A stretch of 64,000 nucleotides of DNA from Convolutriloba macropyga (GCF_964194025.1 NC_134480.1:9300001-9364000), one strand, 5' to 3'. Numbered from the stretch's first letter, positions 25,432-39,000 are shown. The notes: a model not told the origin generated them from the letters alone. Numbers and translations: made by a program.

Positions 25432-26673
25432 CTGCAAATTTAATTAAAATGACATTGCAGTTACTGTTAAGAAAAAGTCAAAATTTACAACTTACTATTA
25501 CTTTTTACTGTTTCCCAAGAATCTGTGTCAGATATACTATATACGTTTTTGATCACACGACAATTTAACGATAGTCAAAATATTCTATGTGCCAAAATAC
25601 AAACCGCCCTAATATCCAATTAACTTGATCTTATGGTAAAAAAAACCATTCACATTAGCAGTTTGTTTACAAAAAAGTTGTTGTCATAATTTCGCTTGTG
25701 ACAGTTTCATATTAAGTTCCTAAGGCCGCTGAGTCATGGCATGTTCAAATGAATTAGTCTTACATCTGAAACTTGGCAGATATTATGCTCTGCCACTATT
25801 ACGCTAAATAATTTTTTCTTTGATAAATTTAACAATATAATTACAACGGGGTAAACTTCAAGTTTTTTTGGCACATTGGGTTTTTGACATTGCGTAGTTT
25901 TTCTGACACCTCAATTTTGGCTCAAGGAACAAGGAAAATTCTTAATGTTCATGTGCACGTAAAGATCAAAGCCATGGAATTCATAACCTGTTATCAAATT
26001 TTCCATAAAAAACGTGTCCGAACAAATTTTGTGGTACAACCAAATTTTTCCAAATTTCAGTGCGTCGAAATTTCTATTTTTGGCCATAGACCACCAAAAT
26101 ATATTTAAAATTTTTAAGTTAAAAACGCAATCAAAATGCTGATATGTTAAAAATTCATAATTGCGAAAACTAGCGGCAAGTCGAAGAGTATCCTGAATTG
26201 ATCTTCGACAATTTATCAACTGTAATTTAGCATAAAAAATGAACTACCATGAAACATTTTAAGTCAAAACTTTTCCAATTTCTGATGAAATCAAATTAAA
26301 ATTTCAATGAATAGCTCGCGTAAACCACAAAAAAAAAGAAAATCATTGCTCACAGAACAGAACATGATATTAAACGTCGACGTCATTAAAGCAAGAGCGT
26401 CAAAAACCAAAATAAGACACAAAAGCAGACAAAATGACAATAAATGGAACGAACAAATCAAAAAAGATCGCAAAAACATTACACATGCCATAATAAGGTC
26501 ACAAACATTTGTAATTCTCAAAAAATTTTCTCAATTTTTTGTCACATTTTATAGAAAAAATGCTCTTGCAAACTTTATTTAATTGCAATTGAAAACGCTA
26601 CGGAAAATTTAAATTAAATTAAGCTGTCATTAAGCGCAACGAAACAATACAGTTAGCCAAAAATAGCTAAAAT

Positions 26674-27010
26674 GGTGTCCGTAATATTAGCCGACGTGAA
26701 AATTCGCCGAAAAAGTCAAAAGAAGGAAAATTAGAAGAACTAATTGCATGAGATAATAGCGGTAAGCAAACATAAACGGGACACGCAATTATCTAACTCG
26801 CTTACACATGAAAACAACACATTTGGCCATGCCTTGCGGGCCACGGCCATGCCTCAGCGGCCTATGGGACTTTATATGAATCTATCACAACCGAACAAAA
26901 TACCACGACCGAACTTGTTATTCTCACAATAACATTTGCGCGTTCTCAAATCTGATTGGTTAATATCTCCTTTTCGGCTAATAATCGATTCGGCTAATAT
27001 TCACGGCACC
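26674..27010. mobile_element. Non-autonomous Mutator-like element (337 bp) with 9-bp TSD
   Basis: TIRs GGTGTCCGTAATATTAGCCGA / TCGGCTAATATTCACGGCACC; exact AGCTAAAAT duplication at 26665-26673 and 27011-27019. Confidence 0.8.
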
Positions 27011-28586
27011 AGCTAAAATAGCCAGAAAAATCGGCAAAACCGACGAAAAATCTTCAAATTAGCGTAGAACTTCCTTTATTTGCCAAAAAATTTGAAACAC
27101 TATCACAAAAAAACTGACTATTGTTAATTTAGTATATAAAAGTCTTTAGACTTTATTCTATATTAACCTTTACACAACATAACAAACTAAACAAAAAACA
27201 GCTTGAAAACGCCAAATGTCAACAACAAATTGCTCGCTCACAGAAAATGTTTTTATAGCTACAGTTCTTGCTCAGCTGAAACAGAAAGTATGATTGACAT
27301 AACAACTCTCGCTTTTCCGCTTTTCGAACCTATTTACCGAAACAATTGTTTCAAACTTTAATTACGCCTCGATTTTCAGATTTTTGTTTGCTCACTTATC
27401 AAACAACACAAAAACCATAACGCCTCTTCGAGTCCTAGACATTGACCAACTTCTCCATTTTAAACAATTCAATGCAAGATGCAGTAAATTCGAGAATCTA
27501 TTAAAAATAAAAAATACAAAAAATTTAGTTGACAATGCATCATCAATATTTAACCGCAGAAAAAAAACTTTTACAATTTTTGTTGGTTGAGACTAATTTT
27601 AAAGAAATTTTAATAATTTTGTTTAAAAAACAGCTTTCTTTTTCCATACAGCCCGCTTTTCATACAGTTTTTCTACTTCTTTATGATGATATGTATATAA
27701 AAATTAATGGGTAGTGCCATCTTTTATAGGGCTATAAAATTAATTATCCGTACAAAAACAAGTATTAATTTAATCACGTACGATTGAAAGTTCAACTTTC
27801 TTCATAGGAAAAACAGTCCCAAACTCTCCCACTCATAAAGTCAGAATGTCAAACCAGCATTAGTAATGAGTAAAGGTTTAACTTTAACTTTGCAGGTAAT
27901 ACACGATCAAATCCAGTAAAATTTTTTTAAGGTTTTGGAACAAAATGTGTCATTAAACGAAATGTAATGGACAAAGATAATTACAAAAACATCCAAAAAG
28001 ACGAAAGAGAGTGAAAAAAAATTAAAGCTTTTTCTTAATTTTCAAATTGCTTCCGTTCTCAGAGAGAAAACAATAGTGAGCTCCCAAAATATTACAAGGA
28101 ATTTGCAATATTTTACACCTGTTCTAAGCCTATTCTTTATTTGTGGGTAATTTGAAAAGCAGAAAGTAGAAACAGAGCACGAATAAAATTTAAAAAAATT
28201 TATGGCAACTTTCAAGGCCGTACAAAAACGATTGCTATTACTTTAAAATAAATCACCGAACCCACCGCTCAAAGCTATCAAAGATAGCTACCATAGCGGT
28301 GTGATATTTACGAATCAAACATTAAATTTTTCCAAAAAACTAAATAATATAAAATTATAAGATTTTAAATTATTTTTATAGAATCAATAAAAAGCAGTTT
28401 TCCAATTTGTAACTATGTGATCAGTTACGCATATAATATAATAAAAAAATCATTAATTCCTAGGTAACAAAAATGCAAAACTACAATTTTGAAAACTTTT
28501 CACATTTACCAAAGTTTCCGATATGTGTTTACATATATAGTTTTCTATCTCTTCCTCAATTGGTAGAATATTAAATCAAATAAAAT

Positions 28587-28590
28587 TATA

Positions 28591-28644
<54 letters not shown>
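28587..28644. repeat. (TA)n microsatellite
   Basis: Directly visible, one CA interruption. Confidence 0.95.
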
Positions 28645-28648
<4 letters not shown>

Positions 28649-29459
28649 CTGAATACTGTATCACCAATTTGTACTTTGCTTCATTTTTATTCGCAATTAA
28701 AAATGGTTAAGTTAATCGTGGGCATAGGTGATGAAACATAACAAAAGCAACATAAGCGAAAAAACATGAATTCTTTCAGAAGTCGTCCGAGGAAAACGTA
28801 ACAACTGTCCACGGTTTTGAGCGTAAAGTAGCCTAAACTTTATTGCTCGCATATTATTACCAATTTTTAACTGTCAGAAATGTCAACACAAGCATATAAC
28901 CCTAATCTTAAAAACATGATCGTGGATAGGAAAACCAACTCGGCTAAGTTTAGCCAAGCAAATGCCCTTCTGCTACTTAATGATGATTGAGAGAGAACAC
29001 AAGTTTTGTTTACCAAAACTTTTTTTTTTAAAAGTTGAGGAAATCCGACACAAAAAAATTACATCTGTTCTTCTTTTTTCGCCTTTTGAAAATAATATTT
29101 CGTACTGCACTACGAGCCCGATAAAACAGAAGCTTCACCCAATATAGGATTTACGAAATAAAGAGCAGAGAAGACAGATTCTTTCCTGAAAACACAAGAG
29201 AACTTCATCTTTTCATGATTTGCGCATTCAAAACTCAATTAACCAAATTAAAATTTTAACATAGAAAGGTAAATTAAGAAATGCCCCTCCCCAACACTGG
29301 GCGAATATTGGCTGGTCCGAGGCCCTCCCAACACTTGCTATTAATAAAGCATTTCGTATTGTTTAAATCTATCAATAAAATTAAAAGTTATACAAATATC
29401 AGCTGAGAAAGTAAAACAAAAGACAGACCGCAATAGAAAACAAGCAACTAATGACGAAA

Positions 29460-31620
29460 GTAAATGAGTCAAACTAGCAGCCTCCCTTCTTCAACCACAT
29501 CTCCCAGTGAAACATCAACAATTTCGCGCCGCCTAAGCGTCCTTGACCCACGAATGCAGAGGATGGAACACTTTAGGAGAGCAAAGCTGATTTTTGTCCT
29601 TAGATATGATATGATATCAACGCAGCTGTCCTCTTTCCGCTCATAGCTATGATGCCAGTTACTTCGGCGCTTTTGAGGTTGATGGGCCAGCTCCAACAGT
29701 TCACGCGAAGATAAGCGGACAAAATGTTCCTTTCTCAACCTCATTTATTCTTTGTTCATATTTGTTCTTTCTAATAGATTCATGGTACTTGTAGGCTTAG
29801 TTACTGCTTTCAGGGCAACTTTCAGCTATAACGAAGGGAAATGCCAATACGAAACCCGCTTTTCGTTACATCAAAGTGATATCGCTTCAAGGGCATAGCG
29901 TTCAACTAGCTTGATGCTCCCTCTTCACTAGCTAAGTCAAGTGAGCGAATCTCGTTCTTATTCAATTCGTCTCTTCTGATTTGATATTAAGCTCTTTCTC
30001 CTTTATATTTCACGCTGAAATCATTTATATCATTTGCTGTTGCTTTAGCTTCTAGCAGAGATAGAGATAAGGGACTTGACAGAAGAACTGATTGTTCATA
30101 TTCCTTAAAACAGTCTTCAGGTTTAAAGATGTTCAGGTCACTCTCCCTTATCGGCAACGAAAAGATATTCCGGTATTTTTGATTAGTTAATAGCTCATTG
30201 TTGATTGATTTCTCACATTATTGTAATAGGTCTTCAATACTATGTGTTGTACAAGCTATGAATGTCAATTTATGCTGAACCGATGAAGTGAACGATTTAC
30301 AAACATTTTGAGGTTAAACATTGGCATAAACGGACAGCTTTTTTAACAACAACTTCTGCTGTTTTAGTCATTTTTCTAAAAACTTCTTTTCTGCATTGTC
30401 AGAACCTATTACACTACCGAGTACTCTACAATTTCCACTTCGTTGTTATCAAAAATCTGCTAAGTTTTTTAAAAAGATGGTTTTTGGTAATGATGAGGCA
30501 ATTGATAAAATGGTAAGCGAAAGCCGAATCAGGTTTTTTCAATGAGTCAAAAAGCTTTCTCAAGTTATCAAGAGAGCCAACAGCGTTGCCATTGGGTTGC
30601 AAATTCCTGAGAGTAATGTTTGTTTGTTAACAAACAAACTTGATGGTTCACGATATGAATTACATATGGAATGATAGAGAGAATGGTATAATTTCCTTGA
30701 TGTTTCGTAAGGCAAGATCACGATTGAGACCATTGAAAGCGTTTTTTCGTCGATATGCAAGATCTACCGCTGATCTGTGTTTTAAAAGCATCCCTCAATG
30801 AATGAATTGCATGTTCAACTCCACCCTTTTGACCCATACATAGTTGCCGATCACCACCTAAAATCATAAGGACGGTTTCCATACATTTGACAAGAGCGCT
30901 TCCAAAAAATCGTCTGAGGTTTTCCCCAATTCCTATCGGTCGTACACCGGAGCATTTATCAAGAGCTATCAACCAACATGAATTATACGGAAGAAGGAAA
31001 GTCAAATGAGACGTAGCTATGCGTATTGCTAGTTTAGCAATCGTTTTGTATAGATCCGTTAAGACAACTTAGAGGGTGTCAGAAGCCTTCGCCATTCGTT
31101 GGCATCCGGCCATGGCTTCCATGCGTCTTCATGGCAGACTTTCTAACCATTGAGGCATTGAGTTTTTCAAATATAGATTGATGATTTGGTAAAGTTTTTG
31201 GATGTTCATTGCTCACTAGATAATTCAAATTTGCTTTGCATAGTTCCGGATATTTCTCGCGTAAGACATCAAGGACAGTTTTCTTGTCAACTTTGTCATT
31301 TAGAGAAAGAACACCATTTTTCGCTTCTTCTGTAAGGCTTCGAATGGCTTTGGAAATTTCTCCTGTTGACATGCACTTATCAAATTCTTTGTATTCATCA
31401 ACAAATCGTTTTGCTTTAGTTCTGCTCATACGTTCCTGGAAAGCTTTTGCTTCCAGAAACAGGGAATCTATGTCCCACTTTATCCATTGATCTAACCTTC
31501 TTGCAATGGTTTTCTTATTTGAGGCGTCATTCTCCGTTCTTGTTTCTACTATGACTTAACCATAGTAAATATCTCTTTTAGTCAATTTGGAGTTTCATAT
31601 GACAGAACGAGCGCAAACTT
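29460..31620 (-). mobile_element. Decayed non-LTR retrotransposon, CRE-like (RT of the restriction-like endonuclease type), in DNAH1 intron 2
   Basis: Fragments LIALDKCSGVRPIGIGENLRR, QLCMGQKGGVEHAIHSLR, GASS*LNAMPLKRYHF...ISLRY (~29830-29920) and C-terminal RTKISFALLKCSILCIRGSR; multiple stops and frameshifts. Confidence 0.8.
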
Positions 31621-32001
31621 GATCAATCAACGTTGAAATGAAAAAAAAACTATATTAAAAAAACTCCAAGAAAAGTTGAAAAGATCACGAATTTCGTCAA
31701 TTTTATTTCTGCATAAAATGAAGATAACACAAATATCGCACTTTAGAGCTAATAAATAATTCAATATTAAAATCGACTGCACTTAACGCAATTTTTGCCG
31801 TGTATTGAATTGAATCAAAAACCTCAATACAAAGACGGCAAATTAACAGAACTTCCATCCATCTTTTGTTATTTTGTCTGAATTTTTCATTAAATTGTAG
31901 GCTTCTGTGCGGACACAAAACTGTCTGTGAAAACAATGCTGGCACCGGCAAATCGAAAACCAAAAGGATAACAAAGCATGGAAAATATATATATCACCAA
32001 C

Positions 32002-32249
32002 CTTTCAATTTCAACTTTTCTGGGGCACTTCCCCGGCAACACGTAGAAGGGAACTTGAACTTTGGGCTTATAGCTTCCCTCCGTGAAATCAGAATCTCTG
32101 AATACTTGGGTCGTCCTTTTGGGGCGGCTCTGCGCCAGCTTTTCATTTATGTCCCCAACAGGTTTGAATGAAGAAGCCATAGGCGTGTGCTTTTCGGTTC
32201 CAACTTCACTCTGCAAGGGTTGTAACCTTCTTGCACCATGACTCAAGCC
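32002..32249 (-). CDS. DNAH1: DNAH1 exon 2 (GLSHG...YKPKVQVPFYVLPGKCPRKVEIER)
   Basis: ttctag acceptor, AG|GTTGGT donor (phase 2). The PKVQVPF.VLPG..PRK.EIER motif is characteristic of the DNAH1 N-terminus. Confidence 0.9.
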
Positions 32250-32496
32250 CTAGAACGAAGGATAGACTCTAGTTCGGTTTTCACGCGTCATCTGACGTAA
32301 AAACAACATAAATGTTAATACAACAATCATAGTAGACGTAGGCGGACCTAATTTTACAGATAATTGCTAAGAATCAGACGAAATCAAAAATGATTAATTA
32401 GATAAACTTCCCTGCATAAATCCTACAATAAGCTTTGGTTTTAGCCATAAGCAGAACAAAAGAGATCCAGGCCTGGTATGGCAAATAAAAAATTAC

Positions 32497-32760
32497 CCCA
32501 AATAACTCGTCGTTTCTTTTATTCAATAATCTCGACTCGTTCTCGGAATCCAGTACATCAGAATAGAAACCTCTCTCCTGAATAATTGGATACTGTGCTG
32601 GTGATCCATCAGATGTCACAATATTTGAAAGGACAGGACCTTCTTGCTTGGGACCAGCTGAGATAGGCGGTTTAAGAGTTGATCCAGATCGTTTCACGCG
32701 CGCACTAGATGGGGGTCGAGGCGTATGAACACCTGGTTTCACTATGCCAGACTTTGGCAT
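32497..32760 (-). CDS. DNAH1: Dynein axonemal heavy chain 1, putative first coding exon (MPKSGIVKPG...NDELFG)
   Basis: ATG at 32760, 88 codons to a GGG|GTAATT donor, phase 0 matching the next exon. The N-terminus is low-complexity and poorly conserved, so the call rests on position and phase. Confidence 0.7.
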
Positions 32761-33689
32761 GTTATGGCGGTTGAATATAACACCACGGTCAAACTATCTG
32801 AAAAATATCGGACATCTACATTACATATTTCCGTTTTGAAACAGATTTCCACTAAATTAAATTGTTGCTTTCTTGCGGATTCGTAAGTTCAGTTGCAGAC
32901 ATATAGATACCATGGATATGTAGCAAATACTATCTCCGTAGACTTCTCTAAAGTTCAAAAGAGGTTTCGTATAAAGAAAACTGCATATGTAATTCAAAAT
33001 TTAATAATAAATTGATCATAGCCATTGTTTATAGACACGACTAAAAGGTTGGCAAAACTAGAATGTTTTAGTTAATTCCATTAAGACATTGCTTTGTTTT
33101 ATCCCCAATTACCTTTATCAACCTTTAAAAAAACAGATGATGATTACAACCAAAAAATCAAACTGAGAAAAACAGATTTTGTCCGATAAGAAAAGAATGC
33201 TCGCCAATTGAATTGTTAGTCCGTAAAGAATAATGAAAACCATTTTTCAGTCACAAGGTCAAAAGAAATCGGTTTTTTTCCTTAGCCCGCAATAAACTGA
33301 ATTCAAATATGTTTTAAAAAAATTGAAAAAAGGAAGACAAAAAATTTTAAATTAGGATGGAGCTTGCAGACAGTACTTCAGAATTAAATCCGGTACAGCA
33401 AGCCCGAAAGGTATTGCAATGATATATTTTTTGAAAGTTGCCGACTGGCCATTACTGCACAAACAAAATTAACTCATCCGCTTCATGAAAAAGAAAAACA
33501 ATTGAAAAAACGTCTCAGATAATTAAACAAAGCATTAAAGTATAGACTTATTTAAAAGCTAACTTTTGGTTATAAAACAAATGCTCTAACTGCACTTTAA
33601 GCGCCTTTTTTTCACTGACATGACAAAGTCTTCCACCATTGCTAATAATTCGAAAATATCAACGTAAAAATTGCAAAAAAAATTTTTAA

Positions 33690-34990
33690 CATCAAACTAT
33701 TATGATGCGAGGACGCTGAGATGGGCGCCCTCTGGATTACGCAGTAAATCTACAATAACAATTCGTTACCGGAACCCGGAACATCCGAGGTTACTGCAAA
33801 AACAGGAGACGAGATGCTGGAAACGTTATCGGAGAATAACTTCAAAATCTACTCTCTTCAGGAAACAAAGAGAGACAAAATCGAATGTGAAAAACGGATA
33901 TCGCCTAATTTTCTTCGATAAGGGCAATCAAGAATAACCTGAAACAGTCGAAGCGAAAACCGTCACTGGCAGGCAGGATTTGCATGCACACCGTTGAAAA
34001 AAGAGGGAAACGGGCTGTGAAAGATGGTGCGGAAGATCGAAAGACCATCTTCAAAACGGATATCAAGAAAAACCGCTCATCAACTGCTATGCACCACACA
34101 TGGGGATAACAAGAAAAAACGCCTATGAAGCAGAAATTCTACCGAGACCTAGATGCACTGTTAAAGTCACTCAAAGGTAAAGACATTATTATTCTAAGCG
34201 ACTTCAATGCAAACTAGCATGTGTAAGAGGAGAACCCGTGGGTTCGTCCGCGAGAGGAATATGAACGCTAACGGGGAAATGCTCTATGAAATCCAAGACA
34301 GGAACAAGTTTATCGCGGCTAACCCCATCTTCAAGCACAAGGCCAGCAACAAGGTTGAACTGGATCACGGACTTCTGGCAGTTAAGATGTACAGCAAACT
34401 AGACTGGGAAAGAGGCAAGACAAAAACCAAAAAAAGCAACAGAAGATCCATTGCTCATAGAGCTAAAAACCAAAAGAAGAAAAATCACCAAAAAGATGGG
34501 CCTAAAGAAGATCATCCAAGGGAATGAAAGAACAAAGAGACAGGAAATAGATTTAGGTAAAATTACTAATTACTTCGAGAACCACTTCACCGATCCGGAA
34601 GCAGAAGAGATAGCAAAGGAGCCCACAAGCTGTTTTAGACTGATAAATGAATCAGAAGTCAGAGAAGCTGTCAAGAAGCTCTCAAACAAAATGAACTCTG
34701 GACCGAACGAAGTGACCCCAGAAGACCTGAAAAACTCAGATACAAAAACTGTCACAAAAACACTGAATGAAAAGCTCAGAGAAAGACGAGAAGCTCACGA
34801 ACGGCTACATGTTTACGATTCTGAAACCAGGCAAAGACGGAACCAAACCGGATAGTTGCAGACCAGTGAATCTACTATCCACCTACAGGAAGCTCATATC
34901 ACTCATAACTCTGAAAAGAATCAGCCCGAAATCGAAGCATCGATGCCACCCTCTCAATATGCCTACCGAAATGGGAAATCAACAGACGAC
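33690..34990 (+). mobile_element. Decayed LINE fragment (AP endonuclease plus RT N-terminus; RTE-like), 3'-truncated
   Basis: QETR, IILSDFNA, NANGEML...ANPIFKHK, EVREAVKKL...SGPNEVTPE, ILKPGKD...RPVNLLSTYRKLIS, PSQYAYRNGKSTDD; frameshifted and ending before the catalytic DD motif. Confidence 0.8.
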
Positions 34991-35035
34991 AGTGTGTTAG
35001 TGTTAGTGTCAGTGTGTTAGTGTTAGTGTGTTAAT
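34991..35035. repeat. Imperfect (GTGTTA/GTTA)n simple repeat at the LINE/polB junction
   Basis: AGTGTGTTAGTGTTAGTGTCAGTGTGTTAGTGTTAGTGTGTT. Confidence 0.8.
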
Positions 35036-35079
35036 GTTTCCTAATCCAATAAGTTTGTATCCTTTAGCCCTTAAGTGAA

Positions 35080-36040
35080 AACGCAGATGGACTCAAAGTC
35101 AAACATAGTCAAGTTTTTGATCAAGTGCTGCTCATCGTTGTAATAAATTCAAAATCTGTCAAGTTTGTAAACAAGGTCTCTCTCGTGGTATAAACAATCT
35201 TTGGGTTAATTTTTTGTAGTCTAATTTTGCAAGACTTCATATTACGGTTGAAATGACCTGCATGCTCAATAAATTTCGCAGCAAGAACAGCGGAAGCTCT
35301 TTGAATAGCGTGTTGATATGGTTAGCATAGCAAACGTGGTTGTAGCGAAGTAAGAAATGCTCTTCTCATACATTTCAGCAAATCTCTTCCCAATTTCTGA
35401 ATTATATTTTTTTCATTCTTCTATGCTGACATCATACTTTCATTCTTCTATGCTGACACAAAGAAAATATGTTTTTATCAAAAATACATTAGGTACAATT
35501 TGATCCATTGACAATCCTTTCAAGTTGATTGCGTCCTAATCAGACTCTTGGGGAAATTCACCGACCAAGTCTGCTGCATTGGTCTCCAACTCAGCTGATA
35601 CAAGTAAACAGTCACAGATCTGAGCAGGAAACTATAATCTTTGTAGATTTCTCCACGTCTATCTGACACGAAAATATTTACATTCTTGTGTTTAACAACT
35701 GTTCAGGAAAAACTCTATTATTACATCCCATTGTAAATTTACAGATGAGACCGAGTTTGCTTTCGAGCAGAGTAACCCTGAAGCGATTTTCCAAAGAACG
35801 TGATTTTCTAATGAGCATTAAATTATCGATATTGGTCTTTGTCCACATTTAGCAAGCAGAAAGCAAGAGCCAAATTCACTTCAAATACATCGTTCAGTTT
35901 CTGATTTATCGTATTGAGGTCGAGCTTGAACAATTTGAAGTCGAACCCTGAATGTCTCCCATTTTTCATTTTCATTTCGTTAAAGAAGGGCTTGCAAACA
36001 CCAAGCTCCCGATGTAGTTGATTGTTAACTTTTTCTAGAT
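35080..36040 (-). pseudogene. Decayed 5' portion of a Polinton/Maverick-adintovirus-type pPolB gene, up to the Exo I motif
   Basis: Manual translation across frameshifts: IYKDYSFLLRSVTVYL, LLRYNHVCYANHINTLFK, VYTTRETLF, YYNDEQHLIKNLTMFDFESICV (last motif at 35080-35118). Matches my recollection of this polymerase family. Confidence 0.7.
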
Positions 36041-39000
36041 CTTTGTAGAAAAGTTAGGACCTTCGGGACAAGATAAATTTCCATTGTTGCAAGAGTTTTT
36101 GTTTTCAGCCATATGGTTGGAGACAAAATTTTTTGCTTTTTTTGCAATTGATTGGGAGATTTCTAAAAAATGGAGGCATTGTTAGTTTTAGTGCACAATA
36201 AATTGGGTAAAAGTCAGGTCATTAGAGATGCAACTGGATCTGAAAACAACAGAAAAATGAATAAAGCTGATTTGTCATTTTGAGGAGTTTGGCTATGAGT
36301 CACCACTTCCATATATGGCAAGAACTTCATTTTTTTTCTTAAAAATAAGCGTCTTTTCGAACACTCTGCAAGACTGAAATTATTCGAACACTCTGCAAGA
36401 GATTCATAATTGTTACACTTTACTTGAAATTTTCCGTTTTTGCACACAGTTTTTCAATAAAAAATGCAAAAAACTAAAGCAATTATTTTCGGTTTCCGCA
36501 AACTTTCAGTTTTTACGTGGTCATTGTTAGACTTAGCTCAAAATTGTGTATCTCAAATGCCGATAAAACTTACTCTCTTAGATCAAATTTAGTTTTATTG
36601 AAATTAGAAATTAGCTAATATGTTTGCTTTTATAACAACTATACAGTGATCAAGAAAAAACTTCCATCTACTATTGAAGCTCAAAACTTTATGAAAAACC
36701 TAGTTTTGTTGTATAAGAACCAAAAGTGATTTTTATTCTCATTTTTTTACAACTTCCAGAACAATTTTACTTAAAACAACAGAATTGTCCGATTTAGTAA
36801 AATATTTGAATATGCTATCTTTTCTATCAAAAAAAACAAGTAAAAGGACTACAAAACAAATCAAATTTTTTTAATAGTCAGAACTACACATCAACCTGTA
36901 CAAAATGCCATTCATTTTTAATATTGTCACAAAATTTATGAAACAGTACAAAAATTTATCTCAGTTTTTTTCTCAGTGCATCTATCTCAGTGCTTATATT
37001 CAGATTACTGAAACAGTAAAACTTAACGTACGCTGTTTTTCATCTTTACGAAGACTACCACGCTGAAGGAGTAAAAGCATAATTTGGAAAACGACTCCCT
37101 AACTTTTATTGAATTCCCAGTTTTTTATAGTAATATTGGCCTTTCTCTGAAATAGTTTCTTCATTGGTTATTCTATAAGTATGTTATTTCCCTTTCATAT
37201 AATAACGTCTTTTTTTCATTAAAGATTTCATTAATTGGTTAAAGTTTTTGATATAAAGATGTAAAAAAAAGTCGCATTGCATCATTTGCTCTCTTCCCTC
37301 AACATAACATTACCTGTGTACATAATCTTCAACGACATTTGTGTTGCATTCTTTCTCTCGTCTCATAACATCGAGAAATATATATTACAGTGCAGAATAA
37401 CAGTCTTCTCTGGGTCTAACAGTTAATCTTTGCAGATTTTTCCAGGACGATCTGATACGGAAAATTTACATTATTGCTTTTCGACAACTGTTCAGGAAGA
37501 ACTCTATCAATGCATCCCATTGTAGTTTTCTGGAAGAGGACACAACTTACATTTGTAATTAAGGCAAATGGTCATTTTATGTTTTCCGTCTCTTGTGCAC
37601 GCGTCTCTACAGGATCCATCATTTCAACTCTGTCTTGAAATGTGACCGAGTGCTCATTCGACCAGAGTAACCTTAAAAGTTTTTTAAAGAACGTGTTGTT
37701 CTCATGAGCTTAAAGCTATCGATATTTATCTTTGTCCACCTTTCGCTAAAATCAAGAGCTATATTCAATTTAGCGGCGCAGTTGAGCTTCTTAAATACTT
37801 CATTCAGTTTCTCATTTATCTCTCTGAGATCGAGCTTGAAGTTGCCAACTGAATGTTTTCCATTCCTCATTTCCGTATCACTGAAGAAGGGCTGCCCAGT
37901 ACTAAAATCCTGTTGTAATTGCTCGTTTTTTTGTCTAGCTCCACCGATTTTAGGCCTGTTTTGAGGTTTCATTTCAATTTGTCCTAACTTTTGTCGATGG
38001 TCCATGGTTTTCCTTTTATGCTGTTGCACAAAAAACACAGCAAATCCTCCAATCACACAGTACACATAGTACTAGGCTTCACATCTTTCGGGGATTGATT
38101 CTTGGCGTGACGGTAATTCGAGTCTTTTTTTCTTTTGTAGAAAAAATGGAACATGTGGGATAAGATAAAGTCCCCATTGACTCAAGAGTTTTTGTGTTGA
38201 GCCCTATGCATCCCGACAAACGTTTTTCTTGTAGCTTGTTCATTTAACTGGAAAATTTTGTTCAAGTGCAGGCATTGTTCGTTTTAGTGTGCAATAAATC
38301 AAATGAAATTCAGTTAATTTGTGACGAAATTGAATCTAAAAATAACAGAAAAAAATGATTTAAGCTGATTTGTCATTTTGAGGAGTTGGCCATGAGATAT
38401 CACTTCCATATATGACAAGTACACCATTTCAATTTTTTAAAAAAGCGTCCTTTTTGAATACTCTGCAAGACTGAAATTATGCAATCAGATTTCAACATTA
38501 CCTCTTGTAGCTTTTCCAGGGGATTTTTTTTTTAAATGTTTACAGACATCCCTTTGGGTCAAATTGTAACTTTACTTTTTCCTCACATTACTCACATTCA
38601 TATTTTTTAAAATTAACTGGCAATTTTCTGTTTTAGCACAGAGTTTTTCAACTAAAAACTTGCAATAAACTAATGCAATTCATTTCGGTCTCCGCAAGTT
38701 TTCAATAATTGCAAGGGTTTTCGTTAGACTTAGTTCACAATGGTGTATCTCAAATACCGATAAAATTAAGTGTCTTAGATCAAATTTCGTTTTATTGAAA
38801 TTAGAAATTGGCAAAAATTTTTCCTTTTATACCAACTATAAAGAGATCAAAAAAAAATTTCCGTCTATTATTCAACCTCAATATTTAATTTACAACCTAG
38901 TGTTGTTGTATAAGAATCAAAATTGATGTTTTCTCTTTTTTAAATTCTTGAACATATTCACTGAATACAACAGAATTAACCGATTCAGTAAAGTATTTGA

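Noticed and set aside
32250-32291. Alternative acceptor for DNAH1 exon 2 at 32292
   Set aside because: It would include the TAG at 32250-32252, a stop in the coding frame; the acceptor before 32249 fits.
34991-35035. Interstitial telomeric repeat
   Set aside because: The unit is GTGTTA/GTTA, not TTAGGG or TTAGG, and it is short and irregular.
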